63,777 nt of DNA, filler included, from Octopus bimaculoides (GCF_001194135.2; 9 parts of 7 records of this genome joined end to end with filler, not necessarily neighbours in it); one strand, 5' to 3'; counted from the whole stretch's first letter, positions 1-14,825 are shown. Notes: generated by a model from the sequence alone, not told the origin. Numbers and translations: made by a program.

Positions 1-2328
1 ATGTATGTATGTATGTATGTATATATATATACACAGTGAAACTAAATGAGACTAGTTGGTTCTTATTTGTCTGATTTATGGTATTATTCTAGCACATTCT
101 TCTCACATTTATTGCAAATCCTAACTGCAATTTGAAAAACGTAATCTATTTCAATTAAAGTAATCTAATAACCATGATTGTAGCATTTCAGAATATTAAT
201 TATTAGTGTTATAAAGCAATGTGACCAGACTGATTTGTACTTTTCTTTATTTCCTTTCCATGTTATTACGTTTTGCAACAGTAGCAATAAACCTGGATAT
301 ATCTGGAGCATAATTATGTTAATAAATTAATTACTACTATATCGCATATTAAATTTCATGTGTTATTTATGTATAAATACAATCTTTCGTCCTGGACGTT
401 ATCATATTTTCTCCATTCAATTAACCGATTAATTATAAGGGAAAACCTATATTTTGATGGTAAATTGTTGTTTGTGATAGTCGTTTTGCGATACTAAAGA
501 CTATTTAAAGTTATCAGCAATTTAAATTTTATCAAATATTCAGATTTCTTGATTTTGGAAACTTTTATGATGTCAAATAAATTTAATGAATTCTAAATCA
601 TATTTACCAGACCAAAATTCGTTTTTTACCGTATGTTAATTAACCATTAATTACGAAGTGAATGCTGTATATATTTTATGATTAGAATTTATTTCATTAT
701 TCCGTTGATACGAACACCTCGTTGTCTCACAACATTTTGATATTTGCCGTGATACCTGAGAATCGGTGCCACAAATGTCAGAACGCTTTCTAGCGTTTGC
801 TGCGGTTCTTTACATTTTGAGTTAATTAACCACTGATATCAATTTTGCATGTCAACTCTTCAGTAATTATATATTAAATTATCAATCAAGAAATTGATTC
901 AAAAGTATCGACACTCTCGTAAATCTGTAAATTGCACTGTTGTTGTCTAAGCTACAACTAAAATTCTGGTGAATCGCAGAATTGCAAAAAGAGAGGAATA
1001 ATTCTTTGTAATTTTTTCCAGCACTTTATGTTGTGTTTTTCTTTTTTGGCGAAGTCAAACAATGTCTTTTATCCTTTCGAGTAGATTGAAATAAAATACT
1101 GGTCAAGATCTGGGGTCAATAGCATCCTTCACCGTATTAAATTGCTGAATTTGAGGCAAAGTTTTAAATAAATATCATTATTAGTGTTGTTGTAGGTATT
1201 GTTGTAGTTGTTTTTGTCGTCGTAGCTGTTGCTCTTGCTTTTAAGGTGTTGAACTTAAAAAACCGTTGGGATATTGGGCTAAATTGCAATGCGCCATTTT
1301 GTACGTCTTCCGTTTCTCAGTTCACATTTCGCCATGCTCATTTTTGCTATTCATCCATTCGGGTTCGAAAAATAAAGTACGAGGGAATCACTTGGGTCGA
1401 TGCAATTGACTGGTCTTCTCCAATATGTCAGGCCTTGTGTCTATTAAAGGCACAACGCCTGTCGTGAAACGCTGGCTAGGAACAAACACAAAAAAAGAGA
1501 CGCACCCACATATAAATATATGTATTTGTGTATATATTCATTAGAAATGCAGAGACGCCTATAATAGGACATCTACTCGCTAGAAATAGCAGCAAAAATA
1601 CTACATACCACAAAAGTTAGGGATAATTTCGAAAGGAAATGAATAATACATAGTCTATTGACTGTTTTTACTCTCGCTAGACCACTGGTGGTAAATAAAA
1701 TTTCTAAAATTTTCTTTGCCACCCTATAATTTATTAATAATTATTTGTGTATATATGTAAGTATTGTAGAAAGTTAAGAGTTATTTTTTCGTAGAAGCTG
1801 GCTTTTATGCTGAGTTGAACCAACAAAGTACTTTAGTGGACTTTCTCATATATCATGGTTAAGAATTAGCCAAAATATAGTGTGTGATTCTTCCTGTTGA
1901 TTAGCACAATAGCTGTAGCAAGGGGCAGCAAAGGGCGTCTGGAATTTCTTCATATGTCTCTACTTTGCTTTTTTGCTCACCTCATGAGATGCTTGGTGCA
2001 ATCATGAGAGAATGTCGCGTATATACCACCATGGCGATTTTTAAATCCCTCGATCATAATCCAAATTTCCAGATACAGATTTAAAAAAAAACACTTCGTA
2101 ATTCGTGTTTTCTAGAATTCATATGTGTTTCTGCGTGTGTGTGTTTGCGTGTGTGTGTGCGTGTGAGTGTAAGAGAAGTACAAAAGAGTGTTCCCGTGTA
2201 AGTGGGAAGGTGTTTGCAGGTAAGTATCGATACATATGCAAAAATATGAAAAATACATATTCACCAGTCTATACTGTCCTTTCTATTCACCTATCGCCCT
2301 ATGCTTGTGTCTACCGATCTCTCCTTCA

Positions 2329-2361
<33 letters not shown>

Positions 2362-2665
2362 TCTCTCTCCCTCTCTCTCTCTCTCTCTATCTCTCGCTCT
2401 CTATCTCTCTCCCTCCCTCTCTCTCTCTCTACCTTTCAGTGTTTATTTCATAATTTGAGGAAACGACGTACGTACCTGACAAATGCACAGCCTCTGGCAC
2501 ATTACCTATTTTCATGAGTCGGAAATAAATTAGTTGAACGCAGGCTGTTCATTCTGTTCAGCGACTGTGTCTCTGAAGAGACATGCATGTATGTATATAT
2601 GTATTTATGTATGTATGTATGTATGTATGTATGCATGTATGTATGCCTGTATGTACATATATATG

Positions 2666-2713
<48 letters not shown>

Positions 2714-2963
2714 NNNNNNNNNNNNNNNNNNNNNNNNNNNNNNNNNNNNNNNNNNNNNNNNNNNNNNNNNNNNNNNNNNNNNNNNNNNNNNNNNNNNNNN
2801 NNNNNNNNNNNNNNNNNNNNNNNNNNNNNNNNNNNNNNNNNNNNNNNNNNNNNNNNNNNNNNNNNNNNNNNNNNNNNNNNNNNNNNNNNNNNNNNNNNNN
2901 NNNNNNNNNNNNNNNNNNNNNNNNNNNNNNNNNNNNNNNNNNNNNNNNNNNNNNNNNNNNNNN

Positions 2964-3008
<45 letters not shown>

Positions 3009-6000
3009 AAAGATACTATTTTATTATTTATTAGAAAAATATAAATTGAACAATAGCTCAATGATAAATCAATGTAAACAGCTGGATGTTTGAAATGAAT
3101 ATAAGCAGCTTTGTAAATGTCATACAAGCATGAACGTATATTTATATTTATTATTTCTTTATTTTTAGTTTGAGAGATTCAAGAAGAAACATTTTTTTTT
3201 CTTTTACGGTTTTATGAGAATTAAATATTTTTTCGCCGAATAAATCGAAACATCAGATTTCACGTCTCTCATCACAAGGAAAATTGAGTCGTATTTCAAA
3301 TAAGGAAATTGAGATAAATATACGCCCTCTGTACTGTGACCATTTAGGTCTTACTATACACATTAACCCACCTGCATATGTATACGCACTCACATTCCCA
3401 CGCACATACACACGGACAACACAAATATATGTGTGTGTATAGATATATACATACATATATATGTGTATATGTATACATATATATGTGTATATCTATCTAC
3501 CTACCCATATATATATACTTGTGTGTGTATGAGTACATATATTTACACATACATATATATGTGTGTGTGTTGTGTGTATGAGTGTGTGTTTGTTTGTGTG
3601 TGTATTGCGGCAAAACATGAAACTACGTAACAGAAAACGTTGTTTGAGCTTTGTCTCTGCCTATCTATATGCATGATTAAGCGTGGGTTATACTATGATT
3701 AGTAGATGGCATATTCAATAAAGTGCACTTGGAATTCACTATTTTTTTCTCAAAATCTATTTTAGAACAGAATCTAATGTTCCCAGAAATGATCGCTTTC
3801 TGTCACATATCTCTACAGAAAGCGATAGCAATCACATCATATCTTTTATAGTAGTTTATACATTTAATAGAAATAACTACTACATGTATTTATTGACATT
3901 TGGATGTCATTTTGTTAGAGGAAATAAAAATGTTCTTTATAAAGCAAACTTTGAATATTTCTTTTGCCTTTTCTATTGTGCTGCATAATTTTAATATCTA
4001 TAAGTTTTTATCTAAGTTTGTCAGTGATGCAGACACACCATAGCCCTACTACAGATTATATCTGTTGTTCTGAAATATTTCTGCAAGCTAATATCTTTTT
4101 GGATTATCATGGAGTCTAATATATTTGAATTTTCAATAAATGAAAGATAATGAAATATGCAACCCGTTATAGGTTATGCATACGTAAATCATAGATAAAA
4201 TTAGAATTGTAACCGGCTGCAATCTGCATTTGAATTCGACTATTTAAATTAGTTTTCTCCTAAGGTATGCCAAATGTTCCTATGTACACGTTTGTATGCC
4301 AACGTTATCAAATGTAATACAAAGTGTTGATGATTTTTGCACATGGTTCTCAGTCTTGATAGCTATTACTATTCATAAAAGACTATCTAAATAAAGTTTA
4401 GAGAAGTGCAGTCTATTTTACAAGAGCTTGTATATGTCTGAAAACATGAGCTGTTCATGATGACCACCGCTTTATCCGGAAAACTTCACTACGTGTCTGT
4501 TTTATATTCTGTACTCTAGCTGAGGCGGCGTTATTAGACGGATGCATTGTTTGGACTCTCATCGAATACCTAAACAGCTTTTGTGATCGCGTCCTTCCCG
4601 CTTATTTTACGGGGATTATTCAGAAAAGCTCATATTATGTAACCAGGTCAATATCTCTTGAAATTATTCAACTAAAAACTATATGATATTCTTCTAGCAA
4701 AATATGTCTTACAGAAGCATAAGCATCCTACGTAGTTCTCTCGTTTTGTCTCTTGATATTACAAGAAAACTAGTTAGGATCTCTTCCATGACACGCTCCT
4801 ATTAACACCCAAACATTGTCATACGACAGTTTGATATACACTAAAAACTTACAATGACCAGATTTGTACATACAGTAAATTGCAATTGCAGTGTCTCAAA
4901 TATGTAGGATCGATATCGCTGATATGAAAGATTGGGACACACCCAAGCAAATTTAACCTTTACAGTAACATTGATATTATTGATATTTAGATTATCACAC
5001 GTAATTGTATTGAAATCTAAGTGAAAGCATACTGGTTTCGAACTCCTAGCCTGAAGTAAATACGCCACGTAGTCCTGAAATCTTCAACATATGCTAAACC
5101 AATACCCTACTGACTAATCAGCGATAGTTCCTAGCATAAACATTTTAGCACGCATTTATAAGGGGCATGTAATCAATTGCATCAACGTCAGTCCTTCGAC
5201 ATGGATATTTGCAAAGAGATGTTTGTTTGAATGTATTGTGAAATGATAATGTAAACGTTGATAACTAATCTAAGTTATTATTCTATATCAGCCGCTTTAA
5301 TATTTGCTAAATTGTTAACCTCTAAAAGTGTATCCAAATAGATTTAGTAGGCTTGGCTTGATTGTCCCGTTATAGACAAGTATTTAGGGATTGTTGTTTT
5401 TAGTATTCGTGTATGACATCGCTAGAATCTGAGTCATTAAAATTTGCTGGGGTTTGCAGGAAATGTTGCTGTTTTGTTAAGGAAATCGAACGATCGATCA
5501 GAATTCTTTTGTGGTGTCTTGAAACAAATACAGTTTCCCTGTTTAGTGCCAAATCAGCTGTCATGAATCAAACGGGTATGAAATGTTTTGTAGTCGTTAC
5601 CATCCGTTATTTCTTTTTATATTTGCATGTTGCAAAGCGTTTTCTATTTAAGACGGCACAGTTTTTATATCTTGTGAGTCAGTCAAACATGTAGATGCCT
5701 CATTTGGGGAGCACAAGAGTAGCCAAAATATATCAACGTCACCCATTTGTTCCCATTTCAACAGCGCTTTATATAAGCACATCAATCAGCTGATGTTTAT
5801 TAGAAATCTTTGCCAACCGACATGACTGTTCAACGCTAGTTCTCAACAAATAGACAATGTGAAAATGGATCTTACTCACAGCAATTCTTGGAATTGGCTA
5901 CTACTTTATTTATCAGATCAAAAATAAATTCCGTAGATTGCGGTAAACGTTAGGATCTGAAATCAAAGGAGACAGAAAATATAGGAAAGCATTTTAACTG

Positions 6001-6922
6001 AAACGACGCATCCAGTTTACACGTCCGAGGACACCTAAGATTGGTAATATATTATTACAACAGACACATCAGACGATATCGTTTTTTTTTTGGATCGAGC
6101 TACTCTTTATGTCTCCCTTCCTTTCATTTACTCATTAAATTTTCGATTTAATTTCTTCAGAGCGGTACATGAATGAACATAAAGGTCAAGGCATGAGATA
6201 TTTATATAAAGCGCTTCAATGTGGCGGTTTGCGTATGAGTTGAATGTATAGTAATGCGGTTGGAAGTGCTGGAAGTGTTTCTGCTACAAATATGCATCTA
6301 TTTACATTAGCTGCATTGCGATAATAATGTTCCCGTTAAGGAAACTAAATTCCAAATGGCAATGTGATATCACCTGATTATATTGTAAGGTATTTACATT
6401 TACATCTGTTCTTATAGGACTGATAGAATTTCAATAAATATTCATCTTCCTTACTTAGCTTCTAATGTTTCAACTTATCCTCCACATGTGCAACAGAATA
6501 TTCCATATTTAATACTAGTTTCTCTCGAAATGATCGCATTAGAAATTGTAAGGAAATTGCATGCATAATAAGTAGCTGCATTTGTATAAATATTACAAAT
6601 GAAGGTGATGGGGTAGATATGAATTAAATATAATTCATTATGAGAGGAAATAGACACAAATGTAAGTGAAGAATTTCAGTCTCATATAGTGTGTGGATAT
6701 ATATGTTATGATTGATATTCAAATAATTATAAAATATATATAATGGGAGAGAGATGTTACATAGCTAATTTACAACGAGAGCAATGTATGTATATTAGTT
6801 TATGAATATATATATATATATANNNNNNNNNNNNNNNNNNNNNNNNNNNNNNNNNNNNNNNNNNNNTTAATTAATTAANNNNNNNNNNNNNNNNNNNNNN
6901 NNNNNNNNNNNNNNNNNNNNNN

Positions 6923-7021
6923 GATGATGATGATGATGGTGATGATGATGATGATGATGATGATGATAATGATGATGATGATGATGATGATGACGACGAC
7001 GATGATGATGATGATGATGAC

Positions 7022-7067
<46 letters not shown>

Positions 7068-7244
7068 TTAAAACGGCTGATGATTAGAAATAACCATAAA
7101 GTGTAATAACAAAGAGACTTCACCAAGCTGTCTTCTCCATAATTATAAAAACAATACAAAAATAATAAAAAAAAAATAAGTAAACACAATTGAAAAAATA
7201 TAGAAATGAAAATGATAGGAATAATAACAACAATGATGATGTTG

Positions 7245-7293
<49 letters not shown>

Positions 7294-7634
7294 TAATAAT
7301 AATAATAATGATGAAAAATGGAAAATAAAGAAAGATGTCCAATACACTTTCATTTTTCTTTTCATGCAAATTTCTGAAATGAAATCTTGGTAATTCCAAT
7401 GCTGGTCGTATCTTTTAGCGATTGAATTCTCAAGAAAATTCTTGTTAATTACCAACGTTTTTGTTTACTTTTAATTGCTGTTTATTGTTTAATGTTTTTT
7501 TTTTTTTTTTACCTCAGTCAGTGCTTTGTGCGTGCTCTGCTGCTGNNNNNNNNNNTGCTGCTGCTGCTGCTGCTGTTGTTGTTGTTGTTGTTGTTGTTGT
7601 TCTTCTTCTTCTTCTTCTTCTTCTTCTTCTTCTC
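6923..7634. repeat. Compound trinucleotide microsatellites (GAT)n, (AAT)n, (GCT)n(GTT)n(CTT)n
   Basis: Read directly from the sequence. Confidence 0.95.
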
Positions 7635-7854
7635 CATCACTTCCGGGTCTGCTTCGTTTCGCCTTATTATGAAGTCTATTGCGGGTTTTTTTTTTATCTC
7701 AGCAAAATACGTTTTTTATAGGATTTTTTTCTTCTGCAGCTTCTGACACTTCAACGACACACACGTTAAATAAATATGTCATATAGATAAAGATTTTAGT
7801 CTTGGAGTGTTTCTATCGCATAATACAAATACATGTCATTAATATTTTATGAAG

Positions 7855-8745
7855 AGAAGGCCGAAGGATGGTCAGAACCGTTCGAACAACGGTAAAATGT
7901 TTTGTGGTATTTTTTCAGCTTCTTTACATTCTGAATCGAAATCCCACTGGGATCAGTTTTGCCGTTCATTCCTGCCGGGTCGATAACAATATAGCCCCGG
8001 TCAAGTGCTGTAGTGGATAAGTTCGACTAGCATCTTCCCCTCAAAATTACTGGCCTTGTGCTTAAATCAGAAACCATTATTATTGTCAAAGCAACAAGTT
8101 AAGGGGGCGAGTTGGTAGAATTGTTAGCACGCCGGACAAAAGGCTTAGCGGCATTTCGTCCGTCTTTACGTTCTTAGTTCAAATGCCACCGAGGTTGACT
8201 TTGCTTTTCATCCTTTCGGGGTCGATGAAATAAATACCAGTGAGCACTAGGGGTCAATGTAATTGACTTAATCCCTTCCCCCACAAAACCCCAAATGCCT
8301 TGTGCCTTTAGTAGAAAGGATTATTAAGGCAGGGAGCTGGCAGAATCGGTAGAGCGTCGGAAAACATACCTTGTTACAGCTTTTTATATAATGGGCTCAA
8401 ATCCCTCCATAAGCTCGATAAAATAACGCACTAGTCAAGTACTGGGGTCGAATGTATCAACTAACCCCTCCCCTCAAAATGACTGCCCTTTTCACGAAAT
8501 TAGGAGCCGTCCATATTAATACGCAGAAAGCCGTAGGGTGGGAAGAATCGTCAGAGCGTCGAGTTCAAAATGCCGAAGAAAATTTTATTCCCTGAGTTTA
8601 GATCTCATAAAAGATCGTCTTTGCCTTTCATTTCACTGACGTTGATAAGATAAAAGCGCCAGGTAAATACTACGATCAATTTAATCGATTATATCTTCCC
8701 CCCACCTTAAATTTGTAACCGCTTGACCATGCAAGAGAGACTTAT
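7855..8745 (+). mobile_element. Cluster of about 4 head-to-tail copies of SINE family A (ggcgagctggcagaatcgttagc...cctttcatcctttcggggtcgataaa...ccttgtgcc)
   Basis: Mutually homologous, diverged copies. The same family recurs across the window. Confidence 0.85.
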
Positions 8746-9789
8746 TAATGTTGTTACTTTTGATAAGCGATGAAGCGAGACGCAGCAGAACAACAAAAGA
8801 AACGAGTTGCTGTATGAAACATACTACACAACCATACGATGTCTCCTGGGGCTAAATTACAGCAACATTCGTCCTGAACCAGGATTGCCATGTTATGTTG
8901 GCAAATAATCTTTACTCCAAAGCACTGTTGCTGAGTATCTCACGTTGTGAGATTTACAAATAGTAATTTTCTAATCGCTTCTGTGTTTAAGAATAAGACC
9001 ACAAAACGCTGAAATTTTTTATGTGTTGAAGAATAAGGCGACGAAACATTAGACTTTCTATACAGTATCGAAGAATAAGATCATCAAGCGTTGGGATTTC
9101 AACTCTCTCTTGAATGGCAAGCCCACGAAAAGACATTCTTTCTGATGAAGAGCAAAGCCCCGAAACATTAATCTTTCTACTCCTAATGGCAACCGAAATA
9201 AGTTGACATCCAATGACGCTCTTTTCGATGATTTATTCTTGCTAACAAAACCCCACGAATGTTCATGGATTCTGAATTTTATCCAGGTTGTGTGGTATCC
9301 TACCAACGAAAATATTCACGCTGATAATGCCCGACCAAACTAATCCATGAACGTGTGAGTTCTTTACCCAAAGTAATCAATATTTACACACTTAAAATCA
9401 AATTAGTTTTTTTTNNNNNNNNNNNNNNNNNNNNNNNNNNNNNNNNNNNNNNNNNNNNTTAATTAATTAANNNNNNNNNNNNNNNNNNNNNNNNNNNNNN
9501 NNNNNNNNNNNNNNTATATATATGTAGCACTGAGTTGAAAATGTCTCTTGGATACAAAAAGTCGAAGGCTGACCGGGTTTTTCAGCCTAATATTTACATA
9601 CTATTTAGTTATAGCGAGCTTTTAAGATATACTATTAAAAAGTGAAATGAATATCAGTTCTCTGGAATGTTTTTAAAATTGTTATGATACCAACAGACGG
9701 AACGCAGGCACCAACTTGCATCATTTATGGTCAAATTCTGAAGAAGTTCATTAAACTCATACCTTACGCCCAAACAGTTCTTATTCCAA

Positions 9790-10135
9790 TTTCTCGTGTC
9801 AAAAACGGTTATAGGTCACTTGCAGTTAACTATCGCCCAAGGTCACTCACCTCTCTTAATTTCAAAGTATTTGAAAGGGTAGTGAGATCGAGAGTAACTG
9901 GCTTCCTAGAAAGTAACAATCTTCTAAATTCCAACTTGCATAGTTTTTGTGTAGTAGAGCCTCCCAACACAGCTCTATATCCCATTCAAGACATCCTAAA
10001 GTTTTAGAAGAGAGCTCCATCAGAGGAAGAGAACTCAATCACAAGAAGAGAGCTAAATCTCTGATGTTATATGTCTTGACTTCTTCAAAGCATTCGGCAG
10101 GGTCGACCACATTATTCTTCTGTTAAAACCGTTTA
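9790..10135 (+). mobile_element. CR1/L2-like LINE RT fragment
   Basis: NYRPRSLTSLNFKVFERVV...NNLLNSNLHSF, followed by a decayed DFSKAFDRVDH-like segment. Confidence 0.75.
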
Positions 10136-10225
10136 GCATTGTAATCCGTGGAAAACTGCTGCATGATGTGAACCCTGCATGTTGTAATCGATGGATTGCA
10201 CCCAACCCAGCAAAAGTTAACAGAC

Positions 10226-10715
<490 letters not shown>

Positions 10716-11027
10716 GTTAAAAGTTAAGGCTTTTTCTTCAAGGGGCCCTATTTCTCTTCATAGACTATATAAATAACATCTCAAAGGTCATCAAGTACAA
10801 CAAAATATAAACTTTCGCTGATATTTCGAAGGTTTACAAACTTGTAAAGAGTGAAGGCCAAACAAACTCCAGTTCTGCATGCTGTAAGTCAAAGGGCGGA
10901 CAGATGCGGAGAAAATGGGTCTCAGTTACTCTGGAAAAGTAAATATGCTCAGACAACTCCACCTATTCTCCACCTTCAAGAGGAGAATCCACCACAACCA
11001 ACAATATTAGAGACTCACGAGTAACTG

Positions 11028-11695
11028 GGATCTATTTTAAAACGGGGGCCACAGTATCTTCTTAACGAAACACTTTGAACTTGGAACACTGGTAGAATGT
11101 GTCATATAAAACATCTTTTTCTCTTAGTCTTCTTAAAAAAAAACAGAAATCCCTAAGTTATTCCATGTTAAAGTTGTCGTATTTCTGTAATTTCAACCAA
11201 TCACTGACGTCCATTCAGCCGATATACATTAAGTGCCGACTACATAAACAAACGATTCTGAAACAATTCTATCGGTGATAAAATTATTATTTCCTTGTCA
11301 AAAAATGGCTGAAGCATATTGGCAGTAGCTAATAAACCTTTCTATTATAGGCTAACCCTAACCCTAACCCTAGGGTTAGGGTTAGGGTTAAGGTTAGGGT
11401 AAAATAGCAAATTTAAAATGAAAAAAGCAAATAAAACGAAGCTATGGAGATTAAATACGCTTTACACCGCTTAATCAGCCAAAGGAGTAAATGTAAACAA
11501 CTGAATACTTGTCAGTGATTGGTTGAAATTATCGAAATAAGACAATTTTTTACATGAAATAAATTCGAATACAAAAATATTTTTCTGTTCTATAACACAA
11601 AATAGATAAGTATACGAAGTTTGAAAGTCTTTCGGTACTAAAAACACTACGTAAAACATTAATGAAAACTGTGGCCCCCGTTTTAAAATAGATCC
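11028..11695. mobile_element. Non-autonomous TIR DNA transposon (Merlin- or MULE-like) with a central telomeric palindrome
   Basis: 28-bp perfect TIR GGATCTATTTTAAAACGGGGGCCACAGT. 8-bp TSD AGTAACTG/AGTAATTG (1 mismatch). Inner imperfect IR of about 60 bp (11158-11218 vs 11501-11562). TTAGGG palindrome at 11353-11390. Confidence 0.85.
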
Positions 11696-11919
11696 AGTAA
11701 TTGTTGAAACCACTTCGCAAGATGGATCATTAAAACTTTCCACTCCAGAGAGACAGGTGTCACCACCCTTTTCTCCTCTTTTGTACGGTCAAACATAAAA
11801 CAGTGTTGTCCCCTGCAGCCTCTCCATATTAAACAAAGCATTAGGAGCACTGTGAAGCCCCAGCCACCAATTACAATAAATAAATAAATAAATAAAAAAA
11901 TTTCTTGACTGATCTTGAT

Positions 11920-12262
11920 TATTAGGACCGCCTTAAAATATTGCAACTCTATTCTTTCGAACGTCGCTGTGAGCCCTACCTGATTTGCCCAGTTGCCCAT
12001 AATAAGCTTACGATTAATTCAAGGCCAGAAGCTCCTGTTTGTTATACGCACTCTACACATATCAAGCTCACAATACATAAACAAACCACAACAAAATTAT
12101 TCTTTCTTAACAGCCCCTGCTCTATCTAATATTATCCTGAAACATGAAAAACGAAAAAGATCCTTTAACCTTCAAACGATACCTGGAGACTTTTCAAGGG
12201 ATACCAGATAAGTCTCCTATACCGGGATACAACTCAATCAACAACAACAACTCCCCACTTAA
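11920..12262 (+). mobile_element. CR1-like LINE 3' end
   Basis: LKILQLYSFERR..YLI motif and terminal ...ataccagataagtc...ggatacaactcaatcaacaacaacaactc. Confidence 0.55.
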
Positions 12263-12711
12263 ATGAATTATGATATCACGGAATTTGAGTTCAAAATGAC
12301 TAAACAGAATTTACCAGATAGTGCTGCTCAGATAGACACGGCCTACTGTAATTTGGGTGTGAAATATATCTAAGTTTATATACATGTTTATGCATATATG
12401 GATATACATATATGAATATATATATGTATGTATGTATGTATGTATATATNNNNNNNNNNNNNNNNNNNNNNNNNNNNNNNNNNNNNNNNNNNNNNNNNNN
12501 NNNNNNNNNNNNNNNNNNNNNNNNNNNNNNNNNNNNNNNNNTATATATATATATATATATATGTATATACACACACACACGCACACACACACACAGACAG
12601 ACAAACAAACAGACACACAGACAGAGACAGAGACAAAGACAAATAAATAGACACAAACACATACACACACAATGAGACAGACAGACAGACAGACATATAG
12701 AGAGATAAATC

Positions 12712-12762
<51 letters not shown>

Positions 12763-13037
12763 TCACACAAATACATACACACGCACAGGCCTCAGATGGA
12801 TAAAGAGAAAGACAGAGATAGATAGATAGAGACAGACCCAGTGAGGAATGGTATTGTTTTTTTCAACAACAAAGAGCGTAAACTTTAGATTCAATGGTCT
12901 AAGGACAACGAGTCCTTCACACGGAATATCAACACTTTTGAAACTCATTATATAAAACTACTTAAACCAGTTCTTCTCGAAGTGGTGTACGTGAGCCATT
13001 AGCTGTCGGTACGCGGCAAATTTCCAGAAAAGAAATA

Positions 13038-13868
13038 TAAAATGCTTATAGCTTATACAATGCTTATAGCTTATAAAATGCTTATAGCTTATAAAATGCT
13101 TATCTATTCTATATATAAAACAGAGATGTGTGTGTAATCGGTTTTCACGTGAAATCGACTTCACCAAATGCTTCCATACTTGTGATGCGTGAATAGTTTG
13201 ACCTCGGATAAATCTTAGGCTCTTCATTTGATTTTTTTTTATTAAAAATAAATAATATTGCTTTATATTTAAGATTCACTTCTTTAAAAAGGTTCCTCAA
13301 TGTCAACTTCCGGTATTGACGTAACAACGCCAAAAAAAGCTTCAATCACTATTTTGTGTGTAAGTGTGTGTGTTCGTGTGTATGAGAGAGAGAGAGAGAG
13401 AGAGAGAGTAAATACTACATACACACCGCTCTCTCACTCTGTCTCACACACATACACACGCACACACACACCCCTTGACTCACTCACACTCTGTCTCTTA
13501 CGAACACACACATACATAAATGTATACAAACATATTTACAAAGACACACGTGTGTATGCGCGCGCGCGTGGGGGAGTTCCACAATCGCCATTTATTTCAA
13601 TTACTCTTGTGAGGATATTCACGTAAATCATTTTTTTCCTTTAATCCCCATTTCAATTTTCGTAAAAGTTTCCAAGTGCCAATGAGGCTTTTTGGCACAT
13701 CTTCAATTTTCCCATTCATGAGAGGCGCCCAGCCATCATTCATCTGAGAGTCCATCTACAGAATGTCCTCTCAAATTTCTATACAGCATATTTTGCCTTT
13801 TTTTCTTAAAACAATTTCATTCCCGAGCAACGCCGGGCGCCTCTGCTAGTAGCTTATAAAATGCTTAT
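13038..13868. repeat. 18-bp minisatellite (aaaatgcttatagcttat)n split by the Helitron
   Basis: About 3.5 units before 13103; the interrupted unit resumes at 13850. Confidence 0.85.
13103..13849 (+). mobile_element. Non-autonomous Helitron
   Basis: 5' TC(tattctatatataaaa), 3' hairpin cccgagcaacgccggg followed by CTAG. Inserted between A and T with no TSD. Confidence 0.85.
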
Positions 13869-14399
13869 GTAATATTGTATTATTTGTTTACAAAATAAAT
13901 ATAAAATATAAAAAATTGTCAACTTTTATTATATTCATTATATATATTGTTTCCAGCATAAATTAATATTACTTAGAAATATTACACGTCCCTGGCACAT
14001 TGGAAAAAAAGAAACTGCCGGTATGCCACATCAGATAGTTTGAGAAGCGTTGACTTAGACTACCAACAGAGAATAATACACGTGCACAAAGAATGCAGAC
14101 AACGCAACTTTTCAATGCACACATTAGATATACTCAGATGAACACATTTTGGGAACAATACACACACAAATATGCATATATTAAAGAAGTATATGCTCAT
14201 TCATAACGTTAAATATTCAAATAAGGCAACTGTAAATACTGATCGGTATAATAGACCGTTCCCTCCCTCGCAAACGTGTGACCTTGAGTAGCAAATGCTA
14301 TAAAGCTGCATTTAAATAATTCTTGGTTGTAGTATAGATATCACATATAGGTAAGTGTGTGTATGTGTGAACGTTTATATGCATGTGCATGACTCTTTG

Positions 14400-14725
14400 T
14401 ATGCATACTTTTTTACTCTTTTACTTGTTTCAGTCAATTGACTGTGGCCATGCTGGAGCACCGCCTTTGGTCGAGCTAATCGACCCCAGGACTTATACTT
14501 TGGAAGCCTAGTACTTATTCTATCGGTCTGTTTTGCCGAACCGCTAAGTTACGGCGACGTAAACACACCAGCATCGGTTATCAATCGATGTTGGGGGGGG
14601 GGGACAAACACAGATACACAAACACACACACATACATATATACATATATACATGTATACGACAGGCTTCTTTTCAGTTTCCGTCTACCAAATCCACTCAC
14701 AAGGCTTTGGTCGGCCCGAAGCTAT
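14400..14725 (-). mobile_element. SINE family B
   Basis: Reverse complement of family B; truncated by a gap. Confidence 0.85.
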
Positions 14726-14825
14726 NNNNNNNNNNNNNNNNNNNNNNNNNNNNNNNNNNNNNNNNNNNNTTAATTAATTAANNNNNNNNNNNNNNNNNNN
14801 NNNNNNNNNNNNNNNNNNNNNNNNN

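Noticed and set aside
9058-9306. 82-aa ORF in unique-looking sequence
   Set aside because: No domain, splice or codon evidence I can support.
11353-11400. Ancient telomere-telomere fusion site
   Set aside because: Polarity is (CCCTAA)n(TTAGGG)n, opposite to a fusion. The array is very short and lies inside a TSD-flanked element.
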